IMG/VR virus record: IMGVR_UViG_3300035670_000009
Location: 1 to 64,000 of that record
Direction: 5' to 3' (one strand)
DNA length: 64,000 bases
DNA from: a virus
Lineage: Duplodnaviria; Caudoviricetes
The notes below the pieces were generated by a model, which saw only the letters and a program-made list of their open reading frames with translations, made no database searches and was not told where the DNA came from. Positions 33,745 through 43,614 of this stretch are shown piece after piece (position 1 is the first letter of the stretch; each line of letters begins with the position of its first letter). The position numbers were made by a program, and so were the translations under genes.

Positions 33745-35652
33745 TTACCCGGGGGGCTGACCCTGCCCAAACTGCTGCGCCATCATCATGGCGCCGCCCT
33801 GGGTTTTCGCCTGTTGTCGAATGTCGTCAATAATGCTCGACACCAGCGCGTGCGTTGTTGGGTCGGTGCGTTTGAGCTTAATCAGTTCAGAATCTTTTTG
33901 CGCTTCGGGCAGCGCAAGAATCTGCTGCGCAAGCAGCTGCGCCTGAGACTGCATATCTTCTGGCGTAATGGGAACATTGGGAGAATTTTGTCGCTGCATC
34001 ATAAATGCGTCGACAGGGCTTCCACCGCCCATACCTGGTTGCATTGGCGCGCCCGCAGGGGCCGCGCCGGGCTGCCCTGTCGCGCTGGCACCTGGATTGC
34101 CCGCGCCCTGCATCATCTCGGCCTGCTGCGACAGATCCTGCATGCTTTGAGCTTGCTCCATCTCTTTTTGCATGCGGCCCTGTTCCTCGGCGTAAATCCG
34201 CTCTTCTTCGAGCATTCGCTTTGTTTCTTCCTCGTAGTCCAGGCCCACGCTCTTGAGCCCCGTGGTCTTGGAGACCATTTGACCCTGCATGAGCTGGAGC
34301 TTGGCCATCTGGCGGTTGAGATCGTCTGCGTGAGTGACCCGCTGCAGTTTGATCGAGATCGGCTCCCACGATTGAACGCGCGAAAGCGCCTGGCCCAAAT
34401 TACGAAGAAAGTTGTTCAAGCAATGCGGCAGATGGCTCCAATTGGCCTCGAACAGTCGCAACGCTGCGGGCGCCGCCTGGAAGCTGAGCGTGCCGTTCAT
34501 CAATTCGACCGGCATGCCGATGCATTTCATAAGCGTGTCGAACGCCTGCTCAATAAGATCACGCGGCGCCAGCGCCGTGGCGTCGCCGCCCAGCGCCTGG
34601 TATTCAACGGGAAACGGAAGAATGTTCCAGCGCGCGGGGTCAACGCGACGGGCGCGAAGCATTGCCTGGACGCGCGCCGTGAAGCTGCCCAGATTAATCG
34701 CGTGAACCGGGTCGCCGGACGCTGGATCTCCACCGCGAGGCGCGGGCGTGATCACGCGGAAGGGAATCACGTAATCCAACGCGATCGCTTCGTTGTAGCG
34801 CTGGAGAATTTGGTAGTACCACGCCTGCCGGAAATTCACCAACACGCGCGAAATGCCCCAACCTCGGTTGCGCATTCCAGACAGCGCGTCTTCTTTGGCG
34901 TGATAAATGACGGCCTTATCAAACATCAAATCCTTGCCGTCCTTAATCGCCTGAATCACTTCCCAGCTGGCGTGCTCTAGGTGGTGAAGGTGCCCGGCTT
35001 TGATCAGGTTTCGGTAGTCCTCGGGAATTTTCCAGACGTAGGTGCATTCCTCGCTGTACGGGTCCCAAAGAATGTCGATCTCGTGCGGGTTCCAACGTTT
35101 AATGCGCAGGCCGTCTTCGCTGGAACGGCGATCGATGTGATTGAATCGGCCGCTGTAATGGCACTGCGGGCAGGTCGCGTGAAAGTCGAATTCTTCCCAC
35201 TTAAATTTGTAAGCAGACGAGCTGTGCATTTTGACGAGCGGCGCTTCAAGCCCGCATTTTTTGCACGCGAGATACCTGCGAAAAGGAACAAGCAAACTGG
35301 TGAAGCTGTTTCCGTAGGTGAGCATGTCCATCGCAACGGTTTTGAGAACCGTTTTGATGCCCAGCGTTTCCTCGAGAAACACCCGGTACTTTTCCTTCTC
35401 CTCGCGGCCGATCGTGTTTTCGCCGAGATCGCCTACCTCGACGTCAGTGATGAAGTACGAAACGACGCGGTCAATGGCCTGCCGGTAAGGGCCATTGGCG
35501 TTCATGATGTACTCGCACCACCGTAGCGCGACCTGGATGCTCTCCGGCATCGACAGGCTGGCGACGTCGCAAAACGGGTCGGGAAAACGCTCGTCGGCCA
35601 AGGCGCCGCGACCAAGATTGCCGAATCCGGCGGAGCCAGAAGGAGTTAACAC
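33745..35652 (-). CDS. Putative portal protein with inserted Zn-ribbon
   Basis: 635 aa; FPDPF...WCEY N-terminus, RIKRWNP, RGWGISRV, Gln/Met/Gly-rich C-terminus; CKKC...CPQC insert. Resemblance to large-phage portals is from recall only. Confidence 0.45.
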   Translation of the reverse strand: MLTPSGSAGFGNLGRGALADERFPDPFCDVASLSMPESIQVALRWCEYIMNANGPYRQAIDRVVSYFITDVEVGDLGENTIGREEKEKYRVFLEETLGIKTVLKTVAMDMLTYGNSFTSLLVPFRRYLACKKCGLEAPLVKMHSSSAYKFKWEEFDFHATCPQCHYSGRFNHIDRRSSEDGLRIKRWNPHEIDILWDPYSEECTYVWKIPEDYRNLIKAGHLHHLEHASWEVIQAIKDGKDLMFDKAVIYHAKEDALSGMRNRGWGISRVLVNFRQAWYYQILQRYNEAIALDYVIPFRVITPAPRGGDPASGDPVHAINLGSFTARVQAMLRARRVDPARWNILPFPVEYQALGGDATALAPRDLIEQAFDTLMKCIGMPVELMNGTLSFQAAPAALRLFEANWSHLPHCLNNFLRNLGQALSRVQSWEPISIKLQRVTHADDLNRQMAKLQLMQGQMVSKTTGLKSVGLDYEEETKRMLEEERIYAEEQGRMQKEMEQAQSMQDLSQQAEMMQGAGNPGASATGQPGAAPAGAPMQPGMGGGSPVDAFMMQRQNSPNVPITPEDMQSQAQLLAQQILALPEAQKDSELIKLKRTDPTTHALVSSIIDDIRQQAKTQGGAMMMAQQFGQGQPPG

Positions 35653-35673
35653 AATAGCGCCTCGTCCTTGAAG

Positions 35674-35856
35674 TTAACGAAGCGACTTTTTGGTCGCCTC
35701 GGCCGCAGCCTTGCGAAAATCACTATCCAGCTGGCGAACGATTTCACGCCCGGCTTCAGTCGTTTCACACGGTTGTGTGATACTGGCCGCGGTTTTGGCC
35801 GTATCGCCGTCTTCGGGCGGCGTGGTGTGAGGCGCGATGATTCCTTGTTTTTCCAT
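35674..35856 (-). CDS. Small hypothetical protein
   Basis: AAGG RBS; ORF in operon. Confidence 0.45.
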   Translation of the reverse strand: MEKQGIIAPHTTPPEDGDTAKTAASITQPCETTEAGREIVRQLDSDFRKAAAEATKKSLR

Positions 35857-36812
35857 CACTGGTCGGATCCTTCCAACGCCCAAAGCGCCTTTTCGACGCG
35901 AAGTACACAATACTCCCGAGAATCGTAAATGTACTGAAAACCAGTGGTATGGACAAGATATAACCGGTTGTCGTCGCTAATCTTAGCGGCCCAGGGACGC
36001 GCGTAAGGATCGTTGCTAGGCGGAAACCACCTGGCGGCAGACTGTTCAAATCGCACGTCATAAACCAGCACAATAAACCCCATTTCTTCCGGACTGTCTG
36101 GCTCAGGCCGGGCCACGTGAACCAGCACGTCGTGGAAGAAAGCCGGGACCGTGCCGATTCCTTCTTTCTCGAAATAGACGAGTTTCTGTGGCGGGCCATT
36201 GGTTGCGCTTTTTGCAACCACTGGAACAGTGTTGGCGGCCATAGAGCCTTTCTTCAGGCCGAAAGCGGCCATGGGACTGTAGCCCCGGTCGATTTTATCA
36301 ATGGGCGGCGCAGCTGGGCGCAGAACAGGCTGCGCGAATCTGCGGATGGCTTCGACTTCTTCTTCCAGCTCAGCGACGACGTCTTGCTCTTCAGTGTCGT
36401 AAGAAACCGCTACAGGCGCTGGGGGCACGGGCGGCGGAGTTTGTTTGATCGGCACCCGTTTCACGCCCGACTTAGATATCTTTGCCAATTCCTCGAATGC
36501 CACGGCAGCGCGCTCCCGGATTGAATTAATGTCGTTTCCCTGTACAGCTTGCCGTGCGGTCGCCAGGGCGTGCGCCACGGCGTCACCGGTAATTTTGTCC
36601 ATAGTCAAAACGGCGTTACCCCCGTCGGGTTCTACGTGGATCTCCAAATGCGCGCGGTCATGCGGATCGTAATTCTCCGGCAACCCGCCTGGCGTCGAGG
36701 GCGCAACCACAACACCGCGGATGCCACCTGGCCCGCGCCGCATTAAATCGGCCAAGGAGCGGCCGTTGTCCATACGGACTTGGGACGGATCAAGATAGTT
36801 TGTTGTGCTCAT
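35856..36812 (-). CDS. Hypothetical protein
   Basis: 318-aa ORF abutting next gene. Confidence 0.65.
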   Translation of the reverse strand: MSTTNYLDPSQVRMDNGRSLADLMRRGPGGIRGVVVAPSTPGGLPENYDPHDRAHLEIHVEPDGGNAVLTMDKITGDAVAHALATARQAVQGNDINSIRERAAVAFEELAKISKSGVKRVPIKQTPPPVPPAPVAVSYDTEEQDVVAELEEEVEAIRRFAQPVLRPAAPPIDKIDRGYSPMAAFGLKKGSMAANTVPVVAKSATNGPPQKLVYFEKEGIGTVPAFFHDVLVHVARPEPDSPEEMGFIVLVYDVRFEQSAARWFPPSNDPYARPWAAKISDDNRLYLVHTTGFQYIYDSREYCVLRVEKALWALEGSDQ

Positions 36813-36872
36813 AAGCGCTGATATCTAAAGAAGAGCGTAGGCCCGGGGCTTGCGCCCCGAGCTTAGCTCTTC

Positions 36873-37151
36873 TCACTCAAAGGCGGCCGAGGTCAACTCC
36901 GGGCACGTACTATATAGCGCAGATCTTGCAATCTGGAAATACAGCCGCCCCAGCGGAAACCCCGGGCCGCAGACTTCTTTAAGGTGGTCCGCGGAAAGGA
37001 CTACCTCAGCTAATACCTCACCGCTTATCAAATGCGCACACACCAGTCCTTTGTCTTTCTCTGCTGGAAAGAAGGGGAGCACGTGTGGATGGCCGTCTTG
37101 AGCGAGCAGCCACGCAAGCGTTTTCCCCGGAGGACGAAGTATGTAACGCAC
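36873..37151 (-). CDS. Hypothetical protein
   Basis: GTG start just after upstream stop. Confidence 0.45.
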   Translation of the reverse strand: MRYILRPPGKTLAWLLAQDGHPHVLPFFPAEKDKGLVCAHLISGEVLAEVVLSADHLKEVCGPGFPLGRLYFQIARSALYSTCPELTSAAFE

Positions 37152-37156
37152 TTGAT

Positions 37157-38353
37157 TTACGCCGCGTTGGCGCCCACGCTGCGCGTCTTTGTCGGCGGAC
37201 GCCAATCCGGCGGCGGGAGAAAATCGCCCGCGTACGGCGCTGGCAACGCCGTCAAGCTTTCCGCCGTGACGATCTGTGTCGCCGACAGCCGAGAGAGCAA
37301 CAACGGACCGCGCGGATTTTGCGCTGCCCGCAGGAGATCCTCGTCCGAGGCCTCCCAAGCAGCGCGACTGTTGCCGCACGCGTGCCGCATTGCCAAAGCG
37401 ACGCGGTGTGGTTCAAACCCTTCGAATCCCGCCGCGCAATTCACTTGCTCAGAAGGATTACAAAGGGCGTCAAAGAGCTCCTCTTCGGTGAGGCGCTCGC
37501 CGAGTGGAACAGCCGCGCGGAACTCGTGGGCCAGCCGGTCGAGCGTTTCCGCCGAGACTGCTTCCAGATCCGTGACGCCGTATTTGGCCAGCACGTCGGT
37601 CGCCGGGTTCGGCATTTCGTGCAGAGCTGCTGCGGGGTTCCAGTGAGGAACTCCAAGCACCGGCGCGAAATCCTGATACCCAGTTTCTTGATCGATCGCC
37701 TCGGCGACGATCGCGTCAGGCACAATGGCGCTGTTGACCAGCGTCATCCCGCGCACAGACGTGCTATCGCAGAGATCTTCGCGCAGCCTCTCGGCGTACG
37801 CTTCGATCAAAGCGGGCTGCATCCCTGCAGTGAGTGCGCGCAGTTTTGTCATATCGATTTCCTCGCGTCCCGTGAAAAACGGAACAAGGAAACTTGGGTG
37901 CCGCGGAAGCGCCGGTCGGACGCTTCTTGGCTGACTCACGGCCCGCTCACCATATCGCACCAGAGCGCGGAGCATGCCGACTGCACGCCGAGCTAACACG
38001 AGGTTATCTGCGGGCAGGCACGCGCCGCGGGCGCCGATCGTCATGGGTTGCGTGAACTCGTAGCGGAAAATTCCGCCGTAGACCATCTTGCCGTGCCGGG
38101 GACGCGCGACGGCGCCCGAAAACGACAGCCCGCCGGTATCGGTCACTTCCATCTTCACCGCGATCGGCCGCCGCAGCCGGTCTTGGCTCGATCCACCGAT
38201 CCGCCGCGGTCCACTGAAACGCTGCTGGCGACCGGGCAGCCACATAAGAGCGACAAGGCCCGTTACTGCCGCCGCGACCCGAGAAAATCTTCTAAGCTCC
38301 ACGACCTGCTGGTTGATCAGATCGTTGACTTCGTTTTCCTGGTGCGTGCTCAT
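37157..38353 (-). CDS. Hypothetical protein
   Basis: 398-aa ORF; AAGGAG upstream. Confidence 0.6.
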   Translation of the reverse strand: MSTHQENEVNDLINQQVVELRRFSRVAAAVTGLVALMWLPGRQQRFSGPRRIGGSSQDRLRRPIAVKMEVTDTGGLSFSGAVARPRHGKMVYGGIFRYEFTQPMTIGARGACLPADNLVLARRAVGMLRALVRYGERAVSQPRSVRPALPRHPSFLVPFFTGREEIDMTKLRALTAGMQPALIEAYAERLREDLCDSTSVRGMTLVNSAIVPDAIVAEAIDQETGYQDFAPVLGVPHWNPAAALHEMPNPATDVLAKYGVTDLEAVSAETLDRLAHEFRAAVPLGERLTEEELFDALCNPSEQVNCAAGFEGFEPHRVALAMRHACGNSRAAWEASDEDLLRAAQNPRGPLLLSRLSATQIVTAESLTALPAPYAGDFLPPPDWRPPTKTRSVGANAA

Positions 38354-38603
38354 CCCAATGCTCCTTCTTAGGTGGTTGTTTCGTAAACAAATCCAATCGT
38401 CCAGCCGCGAAAGCAGCGTAAGCGGCCTGCCGGGTCATTTTGGTGCCGTCATACACAACGAACACCTTCTCTTTTTGCCAAACTTGTCCTTCGATTGGCA
38501 CGAACTTTTGCGTGTTCGCAAATTTCACAAACACTTTGGTTTTGTCGGGCGCGCCGTACTGCTGTACGACAACGCGCCCCCTGTACGTCAGAAACTGCGC
38601 CAC
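38292..38603 (-). CDS. Hypothetical basic protein
   Basis: AAGGAGGAG RBS with GTG; first gene after promoter 38679. Confidence 0.45.
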   Translation of the reverse strand: MAQFLTYRGRVVVQQYGAPDKTKVFVKFANTQKFVPIEGQVWQKEKVFVVYDGTKMTRQAAYAAFAAGRLDLFTKQPPKKEHWDEHAPGKRSQRSDQPAGRGA

Positions 38604-38678
38604 AGCACGTTGGCTCCTCCTTCGGGCATAAGCCCGGCTAAATGTGCCCCGGGCTAAACACAGCACACTGGGCACGTA

Positions 38679-38707
38679 ATATGCCCGCAAAACGCGCACA
38701 ATTTAGC
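38679..38707 (-). promoter_or_regulatory. Phage promoter GCTAAA-N16-GGCATAT
   Basis: Exact consensus and spacing. Confidence 0.8.
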
Positions 38708-39146
38708 TGTCCGGATCAGGAAGCACGTCGTCAAATACACCAAGGCCATCGCCGCTGTCGTCGAACGGATCTACAGCTGCAGCGCGGTGATTTACCGCTG
38801 GCATTTTTAATTGCGGCGGATCCTCGAGATTGATGGGATCAACGCCCAGGTAGCCGGTCTCGTCTTCTTCAAATTCAGTCGGCGAGTCAAACAACGGGAT
38901 TGGTTCTTGCCCGGGCACAAGCAGGTGGCGCATGGGCGGCTTGGAGATCTTCAACCGCTCGCCACGAAATGCGAACACAGAAACGTCCTGATTAATGCGG
39001 GTTTTGAGATACGCTGTCAGCTCTTCCAGCGTTTTAAATGCCTGCGTGAAATACGTACCGTCATGGTTTAAGACGGCTACGTGGAAAGATATCTTTTGAA
39101 CCTCGGCCGTGGCGGGTGCGGCAAGTTCCTTCTTTTCTTTTGTCAT
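38703..39146 (-). CDS. Hypothetical acidic protein
   Basis: GGAGGG RBS. Confidence 0.6.
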   Translation of the reverse strand: MTKEKKELAAPATAEVQKISFHVAVLNHDGTYFTQAFKTLEELTAYLKTRINQDVSVFAFRGERLKISKPPMRHLLVPGQEPIPLFDSPTEFEEDETGYLGVDPINLEDPPQLKMPAVNHRAAAVDPFDDSGDGLGVFDDVLPDPDS

Positions 39147-39784
39147 CAGTCACCCTCCCTCATCTGCAACGGGTCGCGCTTGGGCACGCCGCCAAGAAAA
39201 TTGGCGCGCGGAATATCGGCGGGCAAAACGCCGCCATGCAGTCCCACATTCCGCGCCAGGGGTCGAAACGGCGATCGGTCTTGCATGTAGGCGACAAACG
39301 TGTTCGCCAGCACGCCAAAAATCTTCACCGACAAAACCTCATGTTTTCGTGAGGTCGGATCGGGAATGAGCAAATCGTAGCTCATCGTGTTTGCGAACAC
39401 GCCGCGGCTTTGATCGGAAAAAGCGATGCCGCCAATGAACTCAAAACAATCTCCGGCGTACTCCTCGTCGATGGCGTACAGGCGCTGATCCCAGTTCACC
39501 TTGGGGTGGCCAGGAATCTGCACAACGCCCAGGCCGTCGAAGAACCGCTCTGCGTCTTTCTTGAGCTGGATGCAGAACGGGCGGTAATCCGGCGGCAAGT
39601 TATACCGCGCGTCAAACTCCTGCACCGGATCGCGGTCAAAGCCGCCGTGCGTAATCAGAAGCGCAGGCGTGAACAAACAAAACTTCTTGCCTTTGTTGCG
39701 CAAGGCTTCTGCGCAAGAGATCTGCCGAACAGCGTCGGCGTTAGTGATCGGCTCGACGGGCTGAAATGTGCTCGGGCGGATCAT
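39146..39784 (-). CDS. Hypothetical protein
   Basis: Coupled to ruvC (ATGA). Confidence 0.6.
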   Translation of the reverse strand: MIRPSTFQPVEPITNADAVRQISCAEALRNKGKKFCLFTPALLITHGGFDRDPVQEFDARYNLPPDYRPFCIQLKKDAERFFDGLGVVQIPGHPKVNWDQRLYAIDEEYAGDCFEFIGGIAFSDQSRGVFANTMSYDLLIPDPTSRKHEVLSVKIFGVLANTFVAYMQDRSPFRPLARNVGLHGGVLPADIPRANFLGGVPKRDPLQMREGD

Positions 39785-40422
39785 GGTTTGACCTTCAGCG
39801 GCGCAGCATTTCGTACGTTCTGCAACAAAAGCAAAAGAACAAAAGCGGCGTCTGCTACGTTATCTAGACCGTCCGACTTGTATTTAGACTGGTCGAACGC
39901 CGTGCCAAGTTTCTTGTTGGCGGCCGCAATCATGTCTTCCTTGTTCGCCCGCCCGTTGCCGGTTGCGAATTTCTTAATCGTGGCGATCGCGTAGCCGTTC
40001 GAGAGAATGTTGTTTTCCTGCGCCCAGGTCGCCACGGTCACCTTGAGCCCGCCCAACACTTCGCTCGCAGTGGCCACGCGAGCGAGTACGGCCGGAATGC
40101 CGAATTTCTTGTTCATGAAAAACTCTTTGGGCGGAGAGTATTTCACGTCTTCGTAGGCCACCGCGTCTGGTTTCACGGCATTGAGAAAAGCACGTAACCG
40201 CACAAACCGCGCTGCGCCGCTCTCTAACCCCTGCGTGGACAGGTCCCATTGAAAAAGCTGGAGTTTTTCCTGAAGCAGTTTTTGGCCTGCGACGTAGTCA
40301 TAAATGGCCACGCCGCAATTGCTCCCCAAGTCGAGACCTAGGCAACGAATTGCATCTTCAGGCGCTTTTCCTAGTTTCCCCGAAAACTCACCGGGGTCTT
40401 TGTACATCCTGTACTTGGCCAC
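39781..40422 (-). CDS. ruvC: RuvC-like Holliday junction resolvase
   Basis: LGLDLG, AYEDV, IKKFATGNGRANKEDM, NVADA catalytic pattern. Confidence 0.85.
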   Translation of the reverse strand: MAKYRMYKDPGEFSGKLGKAPEDAIRCLGLDLGSNCGVAIYDYVAGQKLLQEKLQLFQWDLSTQGLESGAARFVRLRAFLNAVKPDAVAYEDVKYSPPKEFFMNKKFGIPAVLARVATASEVLGGLKVTVATWAQENNILSNGYAIATIKKFATGNGRANKEDMIAAANKKLGTAFDQSKYKSDGLDNVADAAFVLLLLLQNVRNAAPLKVKP

Positions 40423-41067
40423 TTAATTCTCCCGAATGCCGATAAGTTGTTTCCACCAGGGTCGCCGCTCGGACGTCTTGAGCCGGACAAGCTGCGCTTC
40501 AGCCTCGAGCGCGCGGCTGCGCCATGTAATGCGATCGGTCTGCATCAAATCCAATCGCGTGCGCAATAGATCGCACTGTAAACGCAAGTGTTCAGCCGTA
40601 ACGTTGGCGTTAATCACTGGCGCGCCCATGCGGGCTGTAAAATCGCGCACAGCCGCCGCAAACCGGCACATTTCGTTCTGCGACGGAGAATCTTCGCCCA
40701 CCTCGGTCACCTCGCGAACGGCCTTGAACCAGGCGCCCAGAATGACCTCTCCGACGGTTGCGAGCAGGTAGAGCCGCACAGTTAACCGCGTCGAAAACCA
40801 ATCACGGCGGGCGAGCGCTTTTTCAAGCGAGTCCACAGGGTCGGCGCCGTTAACGAAATCACGCTGCGCGTCGGCGAGAACGTTCACGACGGCAATAATT
40901 TCTGCCTCGCTGATCTCGTTGTTTTCTTTCCACTGCTGCAGCTCGGGCGTTGGCGCGTCTAAGTTTTCAATCGCTGTCTTCAGCAGCGTCGGCGTAATGT
41001 ACGCGTAGTCGCGTTCCGGGTGGTAAAGCGGACCGTGGCTGTCCTTTTTCTTATAGCCAATCGTCAT
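40423..41067 (-). CDS. Hypothetical protein with C-terminal coiled coil
   Basis: MTIGY start overlaps upstream stop (ATGA). Confidence 0.6.
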   Translation of the reverse strand: MTIGYKKKDSHGPLYHPERDYAYITPTLLKTAIENLDAPTPELQQWKENNEISEAEIIAVVNVLADAQRDFVNGADPVDSLEKALARRDWFSTRLTVRLYLLATVGEVILGAWFKAVREVTEVGEDSPSQNEMCRFAAAVRDFTARMGAPVINANVTAEHLRLQCDLLRTRLDLMQTDRITWRSRALEAEAQLVRLKTSERRPWWKQLIGIREN

Positions 41068-41744
41068 GATCGCCTCTGAGTCGAGGGGTTTTGCGCTTCC
41101 TGCGGCCGCGGATGCCACTGGTGAAAAAAACCGGGCACCCGTTCCCGCACAATCTCCATTTTCTGATAGGCGCGCCAATACACGTCGTCATCTTCTCGAC
41201 CGTAGCGCGCGCCCCAACGCTGTCCGTTCCAACCGCCTAGATCGTAAAAATCTTCGGCAACAAAACCGCAATTGCCGCGGCCGCTGTCGCGCCACCAGCC
41301 GTTCGCCGTCGAGCCTGGCGCGCGAGTGAACGGGCGACCGTTGTCGCGCACTGCCATTGGCGCGTGCTCGTAGAGCGAGTAACAGATTGGAAAATAGGCT
41401 TGTCCGGTGTTGACATAGCGGCGCACGCGGGCGGAAAAGTCCGGTGGCAGCACCATATCACAGTCGACAAAAAACACCAGGTCATCTGCGCAGGGTTGCG
41501 CGAATCGCATCGCCTGGTTGCGCGCGTGAGCGCGATTGATGTGCCCGTACTCATGCCCGGCGACATAACGGACGCGCCGCGACGACGCGGAATAGATATC
41601 TTTCCCGCTACCGTCCCAGTCGTAGACGTGAAGAAGATCGGTCTCGTTGTCAGGCTGCGCCGCCAAGCGTAAGTAACTGTCCCGCAGAACGGCAAAGGTG
41701 TCCCAGCGATTGTAAACCGCTGTGCAGTAATGAATTCGGCTCAT
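41064..41744 (-). CDS. GT-A glycosyltransferase, chondroitin synthase/GT7-like
   Basis: FFVDCDM, AYFPICYSLY, GWWRDSGRG, DLGGWN...WG...EDDDVY. Confidence 0.75.
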   Translation of the reverse strand: MSRIHYCTAVYNRWDTFAVLRDSYLRLAAQPDNETDLLHVYDWDGSGKDIYSASSRRVRYVAGHEYGHINRAHARNQAMRFAQPCADDLVFFVDCDMVLPPDFSARVRRYVNTGQAYFPICYSLYEHAPMAVRDNGRPFTRAPGSTANGWWRDSGRGNCGFVAEDFYDLGGWNGQRWGARYGREDDDVYWRAYQKMEIVRERVPGFFHQWHPRPQEAQNPSTQRRS

Positions 41745-41759
41745 GCGGCGCCTCGCGCG

Positions 41760-42593
41760 TCATTGGGGATGCGTGCCGCGGCAGTTTAGGCATACCGTGC
41801 CATCGTCGTCGTGTTCGAAGAATCCCATATTAACGCACTGTGTGCATTCGCGCTGGACAAGGCTTTTGGGATAAATGCCCGCGGGGCACTCATCTTGCCC
41901 AACCCAGCATTTATCGCAGTCATGCTGGTAGCCGCGCGGACACGGCTTCGCCCGGCAGCGAACCTCGATCTTTGGTTTGTTTTGCGCAAGCAGCCCGCTG
42001 GAATTGCTCACTGTCTGAAAATAGGGCGCGTCCGTACTGCGGCCTGCCTCGATGTGGGCGAAAAACATCAATCCCATAAAATACGTCGGCGACTTGTAGG
42101 GGTAGAGCCCGCGCGACGAAGAAAAGCCGAGCGTGCGCGAAATTGCGCGACAGCTGCGCAAGCTGAAGAACTGCGAGAACACCATCGGACAAGGCGTGCC
42201 CGCCAGTGCCCGCACATCCATAATGTAGCCCAGGCTATTACGCCGTTTGTCTGGGCGCATACGCTCTACGCGCACCGGTACGATCTCGTCTTTAATTTGT
42301 CGCGTCCATGGAAGCACCCGTTCGCCGCGGACAAGACTATCAACGTTTCCGGCCAGCCGCCAGGCGAGGTCCCGCGCCTCCCGGTGGCTGAGCGTTGTGC
42401 CCGCGAGAACACGCAATGACTCAAAAAGCGCGTGACGCGAGGCGGTCTCTGGGAGCTCGCGCAAAATGTCGTTACAAACATCCGTGACGGTCTCGCCCAC
42501 GAGTCGCGCGCCTACGTACGGCCGCAGCGCATGAGCAAAAAGACGGTCACGCCGGAGCCGCACGCGAGAGAAGCTGAACCCTTTGACTTTCAT
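41760..42593 (-). CDS. Hypothetical protein with C-terminal Cys-rich Zn-binding region
   Basis: CRAKPC...CDKC...CTQC...CLNC. Confidence 0.6.
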   Translation of the reverse strand: MKVKGFSFSRVRLRRDRLFAHALRPYVGARLVGETVTDVCNDILRELPETASRHALFESLRVLAGTTLSHREARDLAWRLAGNVDSLVRGERVLPWTRQIKDEIVPVRVERMRPDKRRNSLGYIMDVRALAGTPCPMVFSQFFSLRSCRAISRTLGFSSSRGLYPYKSPTYFMGLMFFAHIEAGRSTDAPYFQTVSNSSGLLAQNKPKIEVRCRAKPCPRGYQHDCDKCWVGQDECPAGIYPKSLVQRECTQCVNMGFFEHDDDGTVCLNCRGTHPQ

Positions 42594-43024
42594 GATGCAC
42601 CGTTGCGTTGGGCGTTTACGGCGTACTGCGCACGGCTACAGACTGCTTCAATGACCTCAGCTGCCTCGCGAGCACGCGCAGCCTGATCGCGGATAAGCGC
42701 GATTAGGCGATCGGTTTCCTGTGAAAGCAACGGTGCAAGATCGCCTACACGTTTTACTGCGCGGAGCACGGCTGTAGTTTCCTTGCCGTTTACCTGAAAC
42801 GCGATAGTGATCTTGTTAATATCGACGTGATCTGGAATCGGGTCACTGTCGTGCAACCCGTTGAGCTGGCTAGTCAGCGCGCGCAGCGCGTCGTATGCCT
42901 GATAGGCGTCAACGATCCGAGGGCCTGCCGCGGAAATTGCGCTGGCTGGGTCGTTGGCTGCGGGAGCCGCTGCGCTTGCAGTTTCCAGCGCCGAAGCAGG
43001 CAAAGAAAGCGGAATCTTGACCAT
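42590..43024 (-). CDS. Hypothetical protein
   Basis: GGAG RBS; coupled. Confidence 0.55.
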   Translation of the reverse strand: MVKIPLSLPASALETASAAAPAANDPASAISAAGPRIVDAYQAYDALRALTSQLNGLHDSDPIPDHVDINKITIAFQVNGKETTAVLRAVKRVGDLAPLLSQETDRLIALIRDQAARAREAAEVIEAVCSRAQYAVNAQRNGAS

Positions 43025-43027
43025 GGT

Positions 43028-43429
43028 TCACTCCGTGATGATGGCAAATCCGACCCAGTTGCAAATGCTGACGCACTCCTGCGTGTCAGGGTCGTAACGC
43101 AGTTCAACCGGAACGCCGGTCACGATGTACAACTCGGTGATCGGCGTCGGCAAATAGCTGGCGCAGGACAACCCCAGCTGCAACATGAACGCCAAGGCCT
43201 TGTCGCCTTTGGGGCTGAGCGTGTACGGAAACAGGGGAATCCGAATGTACTCGTCGTGCTCAGTTTTGGCCCAATGCGGCGCGGTGCCGGACACCAACGG
43301 GTCTGCGAGCACCACCCATTTGCGTTTATCTTCTTTGCGCGACCGAATCAGCGCAGGGCGAAAGGGCTGCTCACGCGGCCAGCGCTCGCGCGTCTCGATA
43401 AGGTCGACGGTTTCGACTGTCAGTTTCAT
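43028..43429 (-). CDS. Hypothetical protein
   Basis: ATGA overlap with upstream small ORF. Confidence 0.55.
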   Translation of the reverse strand: MKLTVETVDLIETRERWPREQPFRPALIRSRKEDKRKWVVLADPLVSGTAPHWAKTEHDEYIRIPLFPYTLSPKGDKALAFMLQLGLSCASYLPTPITELYIVTGVPVELRYDPDTQECVSICNWVGFAIITE

Positions 43430-43614
43430 GATTTGACCTTCGTGCTACCGCGCCTGTACCGCGGTTCATAAGGGCAGTTCTGACAGCCAGAGCCGCAGCA
43501 CTTACCTTGGGCCAGAAGCGCCTGGCGTGGGAGCGGGCGAGGGCCGATAGCGAAAGCCGATCGGCGCCTCGTTGTGCCCGCGGCGGGGCGCTTTGCTTTC
43601 GACCCCTTTTTCAT
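43426..43614 (-). CDS. Small Cys-rich protein (CCGSGCxNCPY motif); start uncertain
   Basis: LLAQGKCCGSGCQNCPY; overlaps upstream gene. Confidence 0.4.
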   Translation of the reverse strand: MKKGSKAKRPAAGTTRRRSAFAIGPRPLPRQALLAQGKCCGSGCQNCPYEPRYRRGSTKVKS

